A stretch of 32,000 bases of DNA, taken from the NCBI RefSeq assembly GCF_000011805.1, contig NC_006840.2; one strand, written 5' to 3'. The notes below the pieces were generated by a model. That model was not told the origin of the DNA. It made no database searches and was given only the letters and a program-made list of their open reading frames with translations. Each line of letters begins with the position of its first letter. Position 1 is the stretch's first letter. The translations under genes and the position numbers were made by a program. The DNA comes from Aliivibrio fischeri ES114. Its GTDB lineage: Bacteria > Pseudomonadota > Gammaproteobacteria > Enterobacterales > Vibrionaceae. Of this stretch, positions 30,376 to 32,000 are shown piece by piece.

Positions 30376-31396
30376 GTTGTAAAGCTCGTTGATAAACCTT
30401 GAAATACAGAGCCGCAGTATGCTCAATCATAAAGGAGGTTAATTTTTCTCGTCCTCCTTCAATTAAGCGTTCTTTTAGCGTGGCATCATTGGCTATTTTT
30501 TCAATGTTTTCGGCCAGTTCTACAGAATTACCCGGCTCGATAAGTAGTCCTGATTTATCATGTTCGATAATGTCAGGGATCCCTCCTGCATGCGAACCAA
30601 TAGCAGGAAGTCCAGCATTCATACCTTCTAAAATCACAGACCCGAGTCCTTCAGTATAAGAAGGGTGGATCAACAAATCGGCAGCCGCAAACCAGTCACC
30701 CATATTATGTTGGCGACCCATAAATGAAATATTCGCTAATCCTGAAGCTTGTTCTTCTAGTTCAGAACGTTGTTTCCCATCCCCTAATAAACAGAGATGA
30801 ACATTAGGATCTTTCAGTCGCATTGCGGCGTTAACCGTGACATCAAACCCTTTATGAGGGATCATATTACCAGCTTGAATGACCAAAAATTTATCCTTAA
30901 ATCGCTCCCTAATATTGGCGACTTCAGAATGATTGACCGGATAAATCACGGGTGAATCAGGAATCGTCACAATATGTTGTTGTGGAAGGCGTGTTCGTAC
31001 TACCTCAGAAACGCAAGTGCTGATCCCAACAATGGCTGCGGCATTAGAATACGCAAAAGTCGTGAGCCATTTCTTCTTAATCGGGTTATCTAAGCGTCGA
31101 GTAATAATATAAGGTGTTTGGCTTACTTTATGCTGAATTGCAGCCCAATAGATAGCATGCCCTTCATGAACATGGAGAACGGCATCTTTTGGAAGAGAAA
31201 TCGTGTGGCCTAATAGATAATGTCGAACCGTAATGACTTCACAACCTAAATCAGATACGGCTTGATGAAAAGGGCTATTAGCTAAAGCGATAACTGCTAT
31301 TTCTTGTTGCTGTTTTTGGTGCTGTTTAATGAGAGCGAGAGTTTGTTGCTCTCCACCGCTAAAACCACGAGCAAGGTTAATATGATAAATTTTCAT
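30368..31396 (-). CDS. Glycosyltransferase family 4 (GT-B), probable LPS-core/surface polysaccharide enzyme
   Basis: 342-aa; [71 protein letters not shown]. Overlaps coaD by 8 nt (ATGACTAA). Confidence 0.9.
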   Translation of the reverse strand: MKIYHINLARGFSGGEQQTLALIKQHQKQQQEIAVIALANSPFHQAVSDLGCEVITVRHYLLGHTISLPKDAVLHVHEGHAIYWAAIQHKVSQTPYIITRRLDNPIKKKWLTTFAYSNAAAIVGISTCVSEVVRTRLPQQHIVTIPDSPVIYPVNHSEVANIRERFKDKFLVIQAGNMIPHKGFDVTVNAAMRLKDPNVHLCLLGDGKQRSELEEQASGLANISFMGRQHNMGDWFAAADLLIHPSYTEGLGSVILEGMNAGLPAIGSHAGGIPDIIEHDKSGLLIEPGNSVELAENIEKIANDATLKERLIEGGREKLTSFMIEHTAALYFKVYQRALQHD

Positions 31397-31398
31397 TA

Positions 31399-32000
31399 TT
31401 ATTCCTTGTTGGATTTATTGTAATCACGTAACCATAAATCTGCATAGCGATTAAACGTCACACTGGCACTTAACATTGCTAATAGCAAGCCATGTCGGCC
31501 ATCTAAAAAACCACGTTTTAGAATGTACATGCGAATAAAGCAAAAGAAACCATGGAAAAAAGCACCACTTAATGAGCCTTTCTTTTTTCCTTCTCGCTGA
31601 TCAACCCATGACTTAATGTACATAACATTTTTCGCATTGTATTGATGTAAAACGTCGTACGTAAAATGCAGTAAACGACCGGATAATGGGGCCACTTGAA
31701 CGCCATCAGGGACTGACACACTTTCATGAACCAAAGCATCATTATAAGCCATGTCATTCACTTTATATAAACGCACCACCCAATCTGGCGACCAACCAGA
31801 GTGCTTAATGAACTTCCCAAAGGCAGAGCTAAGACGATTTATCTTATACGCCACATTCGGTTTATTGGCTTTTACCGCCGTCAAAATATCTTCTTTTAAC
31901 TCAGGCGTAACTCGCTCATCGGCATCCAACCACAGCACGTAATCGGCTGTCACATATTGCTGTGCTAACTGACGCTGCTTACCAAATCCCGGCCATTCGG
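31399..32000 (-). CDS. WaaE/KdtX-like glycosyltransferase family 2, 5' end truncated by window edge
   Basis: Reading continues upstream of the track start (GTG at 31953) as EWPGFGKQRQLAQQYVTADYVLWLDADERVTPEL, so the gene extends beyond 32000. GT2 DADER motif. Confidence 0.85.
   Translation of the reverse strand, partial: EWPGFGKQRQLAQQYVTADYVLWLDADERVTPELKEDILTAVKANKPNVAYKINRLSSAFGKFIKHSGWSPDWVVRLYKVNDMAYNDALVHESVSVPDGVQVAPLSGRLLHFTYDVLHQYNAKNVMYIKSWVDQREGKKKGSLSGAFFHGFFCFIRMYILKRGFLDGRHGLLLAMLSASVTFNRYADLWLRDYNKSNKE

Overview
The window is a housekeeping chromosomal segment of a Vibrionaceae genome, most likely Aliivibrio (inferred from gene order and protein sequences, no database search run). 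Supported genes, left to right: yiiD-like GNAT/thioesterase fusion, trmH, spoT, rpoZ, gmk, psiE-like, a Cys-rich secreted small protein, an EamA transporter, yicC, rph, pyrE, an orphan ParA-like ATPase, ompR, envZ, xanP, a comF-family gene, bioH, a conserved hypothetical, tex, greB, an lpxL-like acyltransferase, slmA, coaBC, radC, rpmB, rpmG (missed by the ORF track), a membrane-anchored hypothetical, mutM, an LTA-synthase-like sulfatase-fold protein, coaD and two glycosyltransferases, the last cut by the window edge. I see no defence system, CRISPR array, prophage, complete IS or transposase. The most unusual signal is a mosaic intergenic repeat family in at least eleven intergenic regions. 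Its core hairpin element occurs six times. Each copy has a perfect 9-bp stem around a loop of exactly 35 nt, in both orientations. There are two stem variants that differ by paired compensatory changes (CTCCCCCTT/AAGGGGGAG and CCTCCCCTT/AAGGGGAGG). The tracts often begin at or within a few bases of stop codons and separate gene pairs usually expected to be tightly linked (ompR/envZ, spoT/trmH). Whether this family is already described cannot be decided without a search.
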